NCBI RefSeq assembly: GCF_030684315.1
Contig: NC_081385.1
Coordinates: 29,169,247-29,233,246 of the forward strand
Direction of reading: 5' to 3'
DNA from: Stegostoma tigrinum
Taxonomy: Eukaryota
DNA length: 64,000 nucleotides
Below, piece after piece: positions 12,118 through 24,375 of this stretch. The translations under genes were made by a program, and so were the position numbers. Numbering within the stretch: position 1 is the first letter of the stretch; each line of letters opens with the position of its first letter. The notes beneath the pieces were generated by a model that searched no databases, was not told where the DNA came from, and was given only the letters and a program-made list of their open reading frames with translations.

Positions 12118-12625
12118 GTCACAGAGTCTGAGAGATGTACAGCATGGAAACAGACCCTTTGGTCTACATTGTCCATACCAACCAGATATCCTAAATTAAT
12201 CTAGTCCTGTTTACCAGCATTTGGCCATATGCCTCTAAGTCCTCCTATTCATGTACTCATCCAGATGCCTTTTAAATATTGTTACTGAACCAGTCTCCTC
12301 CACTTCCTCTGGCAGCTCATTCCATGCACCTACCAACCTCTGTGTGAAAAAGCTGTCTCTTCAGTCCCTTTTAAATCTCTCACTTCTCATCTTAACCCTA
12401 TGTCCTCTAGTTTTGGACTCTCCTATCCTGGGAAAAGTACCTTGGTAATTCACCCTATCCATGCCACTCATGGTTTTAAGAGTCTCTATAAGGTCACCCC
12501 TCAGCCTCCGATGGTCCAGGAAAAATAGCCCCAGCCTATTCAGCCTCTCCCTGTAGCTCCAACTCTCCAACCTGCAAACATTCCTGTACATGTTTTCTAA
12601 ATCCTTTCAAGTTTCACAACATCTT
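12118..12625 (-). mobile_element. CR1 LINE 3' fragment
   Basis: ORF 12591-12361 SYRERLNRLGLF...RLRGDLIE, plus a typical CR1 3' UTR. Confidence 0.85.
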
Positions 12626-14074
12626 TTTTCTTTTTACCCTGAACAATATTCAATTGCAAAACTTCCACGCATTTATTGAAAGCTTCATTTTTTATCACTG
12701 TCTGCTCTCTCTTATAGTCACTCCCTTTCTGTGTAAAGTGAAATACAAATTTATACTTCTGATTTTCTTAAAATAGTTCTGTAAACTCTCTCAATTAAAC
12801 TGGCAATAGAATAGAAGTTAGGGCCATCTCGCAACTGTGCTAGTTCATTTGTGGCATGAATAAATAATGGAGCCTACCCCATTTACTGAGTTTTGTTTTA
12901 TTCACAGCCACAACCCATTGTCGGTTTCCTTAACATAAACCACCAAGCGCCCATTATCAAATCCCGACATTCCAAATGAAACACATCACAGCAAGTCCGA
13001 CAATGATCCAAAAACAACTGCAAAAATTACATGTCAAACAAGGCTCCAGCCATTTGAAATAAATGGGAGCGAGTCAGTAAATTAGGTCTTTTTCCTCCAG
13101 CTCTTATTTCCCTGCAGCTTTGGAAAATTATTTAATATTATTCTTCTGACTCGTTTCAGAGATCCCCATGAAAAGGTATGGAACAAACTCTTAAACAACG
13201 GATGGAATCCAAACTTAATATGAGCACTTTGTCTCAAGAAATCACTTTAAAAGGACAGGCTGGAAGGAGTAAATGCCCAGCTAAGTGTTGTTGGTTTCTA
13301 GGGCAGACGTGTGGTTTGATAAAATAAGTAACTAAACAGATAGAATAACATGTCATATTTATTCAGAGAAACTAGGCATTCCTTTCTTTTACTAAGTTCC
13401 TAAGGTGAACATGAATTGATTTCTAAACTCTTCAGTAACATATTGCTGTCAGTTTCTAATATCTAAATTGTCAATCATGTAACAATGGCCTGGAATGATG
13501 GCAAGTAGCTGATTTAACTACAGTATGTCAACCACACTGTAATTTCCAAAATTTTGAAAATATTTTAACTATCAGACATCTTATCGAGCAAACATCAGGA
13601 TAACCTCCACACTTCTGTTGTTTTCAGAAGTACAGACTAGGAGGAGGGAGGAGTATAAATGGGTCATCAATTTTTTAAACATCTATTGGCCACAACTTTC
13701 AGGATAATTAGAGCAGATCATTTCGCCCTTGGATCTGTCCTCCATTAGCTGAGCTATTTTTGTCTTCCTTCACTCTTTAACATCCTTCCTTTATAGAAGT
13801 AGTGTTAGATTTTTGACATAATTGTATCATGTATGTGTTTCCTTATTTTGTTTGCCACTTTTCCTCTGTATCTTTATGTTATTCCTTAATTCTTGCATAA
13901 TTCCTTTTTGTGCCTTCAATTCAGTTCCATTAGTCTTCCTGTCTTTCATTTCCTTGATGTCTCTCACATAATACTGAATACCAAGATGGGGACAAAACAT
14001 CCTCTCTCACGTCTCACTTCATGGAAATCTCTGCATCTGTCCAAATGAATCTTTCTGTATGTTCCCACGCCTCT

Positions 14075-14096
14075 TTCTCTCTCTCTCTCTCTCTCT
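14075..14096. repeat. (CT)n microsatellite
   Basis: Run of about 11 TC units. Confidence 0.9.
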
Positions 14097-14346
14097 TTCC
14101 TAGCAGTCATTTCCCTGGCACTGTTTTCTGACAGCCAAAGTTAAAGACAATCAAGGAGGTTTGGAAGCAGCCTGGTCTGGTCAGCATCTAGACTGAAAGA
14201 GTAAGAGGGAACTGGACAGGAGGAAGGCTAGACTGAAGGAGGTATTAAGGAATTAGCTCTCCACCTAACCTTCTTGGTGGAGACCTGGTCCTAACCAATG
14301 TGAAGGCGGAATGTTAGTTCCACAGAATGAAAATAAACACTTACAT

Positions 14347-14557
14347 CAATCTGAGATAACACGGTGTGAAGCTGGATGAACACAGCAAGCCAAGTAGCAT
14401 CAGAGGAGCAGGAAAGTTTGATGTTTCCAGACGGGACCCTTCTTCAGAAGAAAGTTTCCTGCTCCTCTGATGCTGCTTGGCCTGTTGTGTTCATCCACCT
14501 TCACACTGTGTTATCTCAGATTCTCCAGCATCAGCAGTTCCTACTATCTCTGTAACT
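14347..14557. mobile_element. Fold-back PLE terminal-repeat insert (family B)
   Basis: Arms of about 65 bp (14348-14415 and 14456-14522) are inverted, with an antisense decayed hammerhead between them. 9-bp TSD CACTTACAT at 14338-14346 and 14558-14566. Confidence 0.85.
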
Positions 14558-14583
14558 CACTTACATACTTTCTGTGATTTATT

Positions 14584-14803
14584 GGGGGATCAGTTAGATC
14601 AGTTGGTTGGACAGCTGGTTTAGGACATAGAATGATAACAACAGCATAGGTTTAATTCCCACAATATCTGAGGTTACCATGAAGGACTTGCCTTCTCACC
14701 TACCTCCCTTGCATAAGGCATGGTGACCCTCAGCTTAAACCACCACCAGCAGTCTCTCTCAAGAGTCAGTAGTCCTATGGCTTGGTAAGACTATGGTACT
14801 TTA
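14584..14803 (+). mobile_element. tRNA-derived SINE (family not assigned)
   Basis: A-box-like TTAGATCAGTTGG and B-box-like GGTTTAATTCC, body GGTGACCCTCAGCTTAAACCACCACCAG. Confidence 0.6.
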
Positions 14804-15731
14804 ATGTGGTTTTTGACATTCCTTCAGAGGATGTGGGCATCACTGGCTGGGCAGCATTTGTTGCCTGTCCCTAGTTGCCCTGGAGAAGGAGGTGGTGAGC
14901 TTCCTTCTTGAACCACTTACAGTCAACCAGCTAGGGGTTGATCCACAATACCTTTAGGGAGGGAATTCCAAGTCAGGATGGTGAGAAACTTAGAGGGGAA
15001 CTTGCAGGTGGTGATTGTATCTGTGTATTTACTGCCCTTGTCCTTTGAGATGGAAGTGGTTGTGGGTTTGGTATCTACAACATTAATTGTACACATGCAA
15101 ATAGAAGCAGTGTGGCTGATCCAGGGTATCTTGATTGTACACAATCACAAAACAATTCTATCATATGATAAGATTAATAACAGGGAGCTGTGGTAGTAGC
15201 ATAGAATTGGAAATACCAATGTTTGGTTTGCTTTGCAGTCACTTGTCTGTTGGCATCTGCAACCCTCTTTCATAACAAGGTACGCAATTCAGAATTCTGG
15301 CCTGTTCAAAGGATCATCAACTCAAAAGCAATCACATCAGGATAGAGATGTCAAATGACAGGAGTGAACAGAGGACAGAAGTAATCCAATTTTTCTCAGA
15401 CATGCAAAAATTAAGGCTGATGGCCCACGCTTTTCCAATGCTCCAAGATTGTCATAGAGTTTCCAGGAACGAACGTTCAAACTTCTGCTTTGAAAACTCG
15501 GCAGAAAAATCAGAGCAGTAGCAAAAAAGAACTTTGCTATTTCAGTTACTTTTAACATGCAAAAATTGCCCTCTGTTATTAGTGACTTGTATATTCCACA
15601 GCCATGAAGTTGATTAATGCTGTCATAATGTACATGAGCTTGTTAAGTTATTCTTATTTTTAATGCAAATATATTGATGCACTGCATATTTTCTACATAG
15701 GAATGACATTACACAGACGTGAAGGGTATGA

Positions 15732-15908
15732 CAGAACATAGAACATAGAAAAGTACAGCACAGTACAGGCCCTTTGGCCCACAAGGTTGTGCCGTGGAAT
15801 AATCCTAATCCAAAAATAAAATAACCTAATCTACATTCCCTTCAATTCACTGCTGTCCATGTGCATGTCCAGCAGTCGCTTAAATGTCACTAATGGCTCT
15901 GCTTCCAA
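15732..15908 (-). mobile_element. CR1 3'-end fragment
   Basis: (AGAACAT)n tail and ACAGCACAGTACAGGCCCTTTGGCCC terminal motif. Confidence 0.8.
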
Positions 15909-16365
15909 GAAGGGAATGTTTGTACAGTGGCACATTACAGAGAGCAGGAGATGGTAGCAAAGTCACTGCAGTAATGATGCAGATACGCAGGCTTATCATC
16001 CAAAAGCAGGAGCTTAATTGCCATGATAACTGATGCGACTTTCAATTCAGTTAATAAATATAGAGAAAATTGCTAAGTTTCATTAATAATAATTTAGACA
16101 CTGTCAAAGCCTATTTGGTTCAATAATGCCCTTCAGGGAAGGAGATCTGTGGTCCTTATCAATTCTGTTCTCCAGATCCACAACAGTGTGGTTGATTCCT
16201 ACCTGCCCTCAGAAGCCACTTATTTGTATCAAGTTACTACAGCAGAAGGCACTGTGGATGGATCTCGACCACAGGATCTGCAACTGTTCAAGGACATGAC
16301 TCAACTACCTCTTTTAGGGATAGAATCACTGATATTTACTTTGCAAGACTGATTTTTAAAAGTGT

Positions 16366-16508
16366 GATCAGAGATAATGGGAACTGCGGATGCTGGAGAA
16401 TCCAGGATAACAAAGTGTGGAGCTGGATGAACACAGCAGGCCAAGCAGCATCTTAGGAGCATAAAAGCTGAAGTTTCGGGCCTATACTCTTCTAAGATGC
16501 TGCTTGCC
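16366..16508 (-). mobile_element. Fold-back PLE terminal-repeat insert (family A)
   Basis: Reverse complement of about 3835-3957 followed by a short sense arm (CTAAGATGCTGCTTGCCCTG). 17-bp TSD CTGATTTTTAAAAGTGT at 16349-16365 and 16509-16525. Confidence 0.88.
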
Positions 16509-18149
16509 CTGATTTTTAAAAGTGTTCCGTAGACTTAAGAAACTACATCTGTAACATGCTCAAAGTACTTGAGTATATGAGCTGTAAAACTAATTATTAG
16601 AGAACTGCATACTTAAAACATTGTCAAAACAATATACACAGCCTTCTAGACAAATTTCATTTATTATAATAAATGGGCAGCATTTTGATTTGAAGGGAAA
16701 CTATCACCATATCAATAAGTGTTGCTGCAGTAAATTTGTTTGCCTTTTTCACTTCTGTTCACAGGCATTGCAAGTAACGGTAACTAATAGTCTTTTGAAT
16801 GGAATGTGAAAGTCGTAAATAATGCAGTAAATCTGAGGTCACGTCATGTGTAAGGAGCTAAGTGATTTACAGAGACAGGATTATGTGTATTGGTGCACGG
16901 AGACTGTTTAGATAGTAACAGATGGCTTGTTGGTTGGAAGTGAGAACAATATACTTCCCTTAGGAAGCAAAAAATTGCTGCTTGTAAAGAGAATTCTGAA
17001 AATGGTGGTTGAATTAATCAATCTGAATTTAGCCACAGCAAGTGGCTTGCAAGTTGTAGTTTCGAACTTGCATCCCCTCGATACTGAATGCACTCAACAA
17101 GTATTGGATATGTGCTTGAAGGCTGGCCTGTAGGCATTCTCCAGTCTCAATGGACACAGTCACTCAACTGAATTCCAATGAGCCACTTTGAAGAGCCGAG
17201 GCGTATGGAGAGACAGAGACGGAGTTGCAATAATTATATTTGCTACATTACCTTTAAACCTAGGATTAACTCAGCCAGGTAGCAAACACAAATGGTGCAA
17301 GATTCAACAGTGAACATTTCTCCAAATTCCAAGGCCTGGATTTCGTCGGGCCACATCCCTCCATTTAAAAGTCAGGATGGATCCAGATGGCTGCCTCCTA
17401 TAATTTGATGTTGACAGCAGCAACAAATACTTTAAGGCAAAACCTCTATCCCTATCTCAAAGGAATGTCCTGCCCTAGTGAATTGCTGGCTAATCAGACA
17501 GTCATCACTTCTGTAATCGCAGCAGGGCCAACCAGCAATGGTGGCCACTGCTGGGACTTCAGGCCCACCCACAATACAGAGGAGCCAAAGTATTCTGGGA
17601 TTAAGGGACTCAATGAAGTGGGCAGGGGGAAATGAGGAAAGGTTGGTTTAATAAGCTGGCATTAGAGATAAAGTGAGGAATGACCCTAATGGAGAGGAAC
17701 TTATGATGAGCACAACAGGCCCAAAGGAATTTACTTCACATGTATCTGTCTAGCCCACATGGCATGAGTCTGCCCCCTTGCCACAGGTCAAGTACCAGTG
17801 TGGTGTGATGAAGCACTTAAATAGCTCTTAACTGGTCATGTAAATATCTCCATAAGCCCAACAATGGATGAAATACCTGCATAGAGGCAAATATCCCATC
17901 ACCTAGTCATCCTTTATTTACACATGTACAGCACATGGACTCTGACCAGCTACCTCATGCCAGTCCCTACAGTGAGGACAGCCTCTGTGGATCCTGTTTA
18001 TATTGGTTGGCCAGAGCTCCCTAATTGGTCTAGATCGACAACACCAGTTAGGAATGTCCTAATCAACAAGGCCAACCTGGCCAACCTCATTCCAATCACT
18101 GTTGTGCGTAAGCTGCCCACGCCTCTTCTGATCTTGATTAAAGGAATGA

Positions 18150-18335
18150 CTGCTAGTTAGTCTTAACAAGAAGAGGCTCTTGTCGTTACAAGTGTGGCTT
18201 ATTACATGATAGCAACTGGGTATAAGTTATATTAGTTTGCCAAGCCATCTGGAGACATCGATGGCAGGTCTGCCCACTTCGAGACCTGACATCATCAGAC
18301 TGGGTGGAATTTAATTCAGTGTCCAATATTAACCC
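18150..18335. repeat. Interspersed repeat shared with 36585-36790 (unclassified)
   Basis: CTTAACAAGAAGAGG(C/A)TCTTGTC...TATAAGTTATATTAGT...TTTAATTCAGTGTCCAA recurs collinearly at 36592-36787. Confidence 0.7.
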
Positions 18336-21024
18336 TTTCAGAACCATTACCTCAGACAAAGAGCTGTTCCTTACTAAATTCTACTTTACAAGCTGACTCT
18401 AAAATATAACCACCGGCACTCTGTATCTACTGAGAATACAAAGGTACACTTCAAATTATAATTAAACCAAACGAACCCCCTGCAACTCTTATGAGATAAA
18501 ATTACCCTGTACGGAATGAGCATTGGATATACTGAAGCAATTAAATAAAAAAGGTCTTCTATCCTTCGCTTTAATGGAAGTATGGAACTATTTAACATGG
18601 TCATTACAAAGGTGAGTCCTGATAAAACTAATGATTTCTTGTCATTAAAATTGAATAGTGAAATTTGAAACCACCAACTGAACGAGTTCAGCTGGCACTG
18701 AATCTGCTTCAGAGGCCCCAGGATTTTAACTCAAGTATATAAAATTACTTTTTGGGTCTCATTTTAAAAGAGCCAGAGTGAAGATGAAGCAGATTTATTT
18801 TAAGCAGTATTTTGTGACAAACTGGAATGCACAGTCTGAAAGTGGGTATAGGAGATAAAACTAGATAAATAGTTTAAAGGGGGAAAATGTTGGGAAAAAA
18901 GTTCAGGAAAGTGAAATTAATGGGCTATTTTAAAGGCTGAATGGCCTCCTCTATATTGTATGATTTTAGTGATATCAGGTGAATTTGTTTCCATGCTGTG
19001 AAGCACGCATGATTCAAAGAAAAAGAATCATAGGAGTTAATATCATTATTGTCAATTTGGTTGTCATCGAATGAATGAGAAATGTAACACATTTGCAGAT
19101 GATGAGAATCAAGTAAATCTAGATAAGATATTGCAGGCATAGATGTTGAAGTAGGTGCAGAGCAAATCTCTCTCTATTTACTTTGTCTGAAGACTATAAC
19201 CCTTATCCATTCTCCATACATCAAATTACTCAACAGTCAGTTTTAGCACTGTTCCCACATAACTTTGTGAGCCAAGCATCAGGCTATGAAAACATCACAG
19301 AAATCCCTTGTGTATTACTAGATATCAAGCCTTTTCTGGAAAGGGAGATCAATCTCATTTTATTTCCTCCAAATTTGTATAGCTTCAAGCAGTATAAAAT
19401 TATCATTTTTATGACTCACAAAGCAAATTAAAACTTTCCAATATTATACATGCGCCAATTAAGCAGAGATTATTGTGGTCATATTGAAGATTTTTAACAC
19501 TAACAGCTAATAGTGCAGTGGTTAAACTGCAGCATCAAAAGCAGCCAAGATTCACAAACGGTATACATTTTGCAAGCATTCTGTCCTGTTTTGTTGGGAA
19601 ATTTCTCTCATTTGATCAGTATCATAAAATCCTTGAATTCTGGGAACACTCACACTGTTACAAAGCATTTGGGATTATTGCACTGGATATTTTTAACTTC
19701 CTGGGAAAGAGAGACTGAATGGGTTTTAGAAGCATTAAAGGGGCCAGGCACTCAGTTGGAAAAGCTAAACAACTCACTTCACTTTTTAACTGTTCGTTAC
19801 TGTTGACAACAGGGAGACGATTCTCCAAGCTGCTGCTAATGTGTTTCCACAGAGCAGCAGCACTGGACAGCTCAGGAATCAGACCCCAATATCCAAGTTG
19901 AAGTGTGGTTGGACAAGGCCAGGTATGAAAGGTCACCTTGTAGTTTTTTAGGACTAAATTTGGCATAACTCCAGCCTAATGCTGAAGTGTGGAAAATGTT
20001 TAAGGAATTTGCTGGAGCTCTAGTTCAAGACTTAAGAGCCAGAAGAATTAGAAGCAAGATTATGCAGCCTCTCAAACACAGTCCACTATTCAAAAAGAAA
20101 TTTCATATACTTAAGGAAAGCACTTTTTTCTTAGAAGTTGAGAAAAATGGATGCCCTTTCTTGATTTCTCCTAATTTTGTAAAGTTTACTATCCAGGAAC
20201 AGATTAGACTGTAAACACATGATCATTTCTTTTGATGCGGGAATCAACTGCAGCTGGTAGTATATCACTGGTACTCCATCAATAGACACCAACTGCAGAT
20301 TGCTAGTACACTGTGACTGTCACCCAAGTGTAAGATACTCTCAGGCCAAAGCCAGTGCAATACCATCAGAAATTGGATTCTTCTTCACAATTGGGATCCC
20401 TTAGTATTCTATATTTAGTATTTCCTGCACAACACAAGGCCTCATTTAACATGGTATCTAGCCTTCTACAAGCATTAAAAGAAGATTTGCACTACCTTAT
20501 TAAAAATACAGCGTATTGGGAAAGAAGACTTTTCTTTCTTGGAAGGAATGGAAACAAACCTGAAAATGAAGGTGGGCAAGGGGACAATAGTTGTCACACA
20601 GTTTGAAAGGATTGAGACAATTGATTGACATAACAAAAGCTACCCGCCCCTAGAAATGGGGGATATCAACAACTGGTCAGGTAGTCCACATCAGACATTC
20701 TCAGAGAGCTATCTTCCCCACATGGAAGATGGAACAGAACAGGAGGAGGAAGGCCCAGGAAACAGTTTACTAACACTTTGGCTAGGGATGCTGCCTTCGC
20801 AACTTTAATCAGGCCAACATATTCTGCACCAACTGCCTGTTTGTCCGCTCATATCAGTGACTCATCCCCAGATATCACAGTGGTATACTTTGTCCGATTA
20901 ACCAATGTATCGTATCTTAACTGCTGCTCTTTCTATTTTTTTTTCCAATCAATATGTTCAGAGATGTTATTACACACTTCTGGAATAAATCGGACTGAAC
21001 CTGGCCTCCTGGCGCAGAGGTAAG

Positions 21025-22180
21025 GTCATTGAGTCATACAGTCATACAACATGTAAACACACCCTTCAGTCCAACTCATATGCGCTGATCAGACATCCCA
21101 ATCTGACCTAGTCACATTTACCAGCATCTAGCCCTAACCCCTCCCTATTGCTGGACCATCCTGATGCCTTTTAAATGTTGTAACTGTATCCCCCTCCACG
21201 ACTTCATCTGGCAGCTTGTGCATACACATACTGCCCTCAGTGTGAAAAAGATACCCCTCAGGTCTTTTTTTTAATCTTTCCTCTCTCACCTTAAGCCTAT
21301 GCCTTCTAGTTCTGGATTACCCATCCTAGGAAAAAGGCCTTGCCTATTTCCCCTATCCATGCCACTCATGATTTTATAAACCTCTGCATGGTCACTCCTC
21401 AGCCGCTGACATTCCAGGGAAAAATGTCCCAGCCTACTCAGCCTCTCGCTATAATTCAAACCCTCCAACCCTGGCAACATCCTTGTAAATCTTTTCTGGA
21501 CCCTTTCAAGTTTAACACCATACTTCCTATAATAGGATGACTAGAACTGTACACAGTATTCGAAAAGTGGCCTGACCAATATCCTGTACAGACATAACAA
21601 GGTCCCAACTCTTATATTCAATGTACTGACAAATGAAGGCAAGCATGCCAAAAGCCTTCTTCACCGCCCTGTCTATTTGCAACTCCACTTTCACGGAAAC
21701 ATGCATCAGCAACTCTAGATCTCTTTGTTTGGCAACACTCCCCAGGGCCCTACCATTAAGTGTAGAAGTACTGCCCTAGTTTGCCTTACCAAAATGCAAC
21801 ACCTCACATTTGTCTAAATTAAACTCCATCTGCCACTCCTTGGCCCATTGGTCCATCTGACGAGGGTCCCGTTGTACGCTGAGGTAATCTTCTTCACTGT
21901 CCAATACACCACCTATTTTGGTTTCATCTGCAAATTTACTAACCAAACCTCCTTTATTCACATCCAAATCATTTCTATAAATGATGAAGAACAGTGGACT
22001 TAGCACTGATCCTTGTGGCACACTGCTGGTTACAACCCTCTATCACCCGCCTTTGTCTCCTACCTTCAAGCCAATGTTATATCTGACTGGCTGATTCCCC
22101 CTGGATTCCAAATGACCTAACCTTACTAACCAGTCTACCATGAAGAACCTTGTTGAATGCTTTGCTTAAGTTAATGTAGA
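21025..22180 (-). mobile_element. CR1 LINE RT-to-3' fragment, decayed
   Basis: ORFs PQGSVLSP...FADETKIGG...WQMEFNLDKC, VKKAFGML, and MLPGLEGLNYSERL. Confidence 0.9.
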
Positions 22181-22974
22181 CACATATCGTTCTGCTGCTT
22201 TACTTGCGTGTAACAGGAGCCCCTCAACTGCTGCTTCTTAACAAACTCAAGAAACAAGCTGAAAATTACTTACGAATGGCCACCTTAAATTACTAGGTAA
22301 CTGTGATCATGAAGCCTCAATATCAATAATAACACAGCACAGCAGAAGGCCATGTATGCTTTTCTGTCTGGGCAATGAAACTCTTCAGCAAACAATGCCT
22401 CAGTCATCCCATTTCTCTGCTTCTTCCTAAAAGTCTTACACATTTTTGTATATGGAAGCATATCCTAGTCTTTTTTTTAAGCTACCATTGAATTTACCAT
22501 GTTTCAAATGCTGCAACAAATATTCTTATTTTATGTTACAATGTTTCTCAAGGCTACTGACTCTCTTGAAGTACTTCTCATAAATTGGAAAATAGTCTCT
22601 TGAACAATGGTGGAAGTATTTTGTACAATATAACTGCTGGGTCTGCTTCAAACACTCTTACTGGCATTTCCAAATCATAACAACATTCCTGATCTCTCCT
22701 CATGGTTTATTGTTAACTAGTTTATGTTTTCTGATTACCAACCCTGCTCCTCAACATGTTCTCAATATCAACTCTGCCTGAAACTAATTTATTTGGACGT
22801 ATCCAATAAATCTATTATTAACCGTGTAACATTTTCTACTCTAAGAAGAGCAATTCCAGCCTCTCTAATCTCCCCAAGTGGCTGAAGCAATGGCAGAAAG
22901 ACACATTAGTAATTTTACCCTAATGTGAAAAGATTGTGGTTTGTAGATGACCATGGAGGGTGACTATTTTAATG

Positions 22975-23461
22975 TTAAGGAAAAGAACATGGAACTTTAT
23001 CCAGATGTGCGATAGGGTAGTTTGCCAACTTCTGTTCCCAGGACAATAAGAAACTACAGGGTGTTGTGAACACAGCCCAGTTCATCACACAAACCAGCCT
23101 TCCATCCAATGACCCCATCTCTTCCTCCTGCTGCCTAGAGAAAGCATCCAACATCATCAAACACCTTCCCACCCCAGTTATAATCTCTTCCACCCTCTTC
23201 TGTTGGCTGGAAGATAGAAAAGTTTGTACACAACAGCTTCTACCCTACCTGTTATTAGATTTCTGAATAATCATCTCAAGTTTTAAATTTAATGTTAATT
23301 TTGATCTGTTTGCACTTTTTCTGTAGTCATAGCAAATTGTATTATTTGCTTTGCTCTATTTCCCTAATATACTCTGTATGTAATGATCTGCCTGTACTGC
23401 ATGCAAAACAAAACTTTTCACTATACCTAGATACATGTGACAATAATAAATCAAATCAAAT
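22975..23461 (+). mobile_element. Rex1/Babar-like LINE 3' end
   Basis: KKLQGVVNTAQFITQTSLPS...CLEKASNIIK and a GTGACAATAATAAATCAAATCAAA tail. Same family as 52985-53165 plus 54075-54275. Confidence 0.7.
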
Positions 23462-23572
23462 TAATGCCAGGAGCTGACCGTGCAGTGTGCTCCTACCAGA
23501 GAAGGAACAATTGTGACAATTAGTGGGACAAAAGTTACATTTGATCTTAAAAACCAACATAGAATCACTGAT

Positions 23573-23689
23573 AGTAAAGTGTGAAGCTGGATGAACACAG
23601 CAGGCCAAGCAGCATCTCAGGAGCACAAAACTTGACGTTTCGGGCCTAGACCCTTCATCAGAGAGCATCTGCAGTTCCCATTATCTCTG
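23573..23689. mobile_element. Inverted (fold-back type) PLE terminal-repeat insert (family A) with an intact hammerhead core on the minus strand
   Basis: 23573-23663 is antisense to 3824-3915, then the sense 3' tail AGCATCTGCAGTTCCCATTATCTCTG follows. 14-bp TSD ATAGAATCACTGAT at 23559-23572 and 23690-23703. Confidence 0.9.
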
Positions 23690-24052
23690 ATAGAATCACT
23701 GATCTTAATGCAGAACAACTGAAATCAAATACCTCCACATACAGTCTCAGATATCTGATTATCTTATAATGGGTTTTAAATAAAGATTTTGTAATTTGTG
23801 TCCAAGATCCATTCAGGTTTTAGATAAGACAAATCAATCAAGATTTTTTCATAAGCAACAAGTAAAGCTGAAAATCAACCCACAGAAGAGCATTGTGTTA
23901 ATAAAGCACTTTACCATTCAAATCCTATTAAAATGCAGGGCTGTTTAAATGATGGTTGGAAAGATTAACTGAGATTGTAAGTTTAATTCAGTGTTGCATT
24001 GTCAAATGAATATCTCCATAGCTTCTCTGTCTGTCATTAAGTTTATTTTTAA

Positions 24053-24375
24053 ATTCATCCATAGGTTGTGAATGTCAGTGGCTAGATCATCCTTTATTGC
24101 CCAGAGGATAGTCAAGTGTCATCCACACGGCTGTGGGTCTGGAGTCACATGCAGGCCAGGCCAGATAAGGATTTCTTCTCCCCCTGCGCTGCGCACCACA
24201 CTCCCCCAACAGTCAACAATGGATTCATGGTCACCATTAGATTTTTTAATTCCAAATTTTCATTGAATTCAAATTCCACCATCGGCATGGCAGGATTTGA
24301 ACCTCAGACCCAGAACATTACCTGAGTCTCTGGATTAACAGTCCAGCGATAACACCATTAGGCCATCGCCTCCCC
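24053..24375 (-). mobile_element. tRNA-derived SINE with a LINE-like tail
   Basis: Collinear with 4535-5200 and 46165-46490. Ends ACCATTAGGCCATCGCCTCCCC, the tRNA-like head read on the minus strand. Confidence 0.8.
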
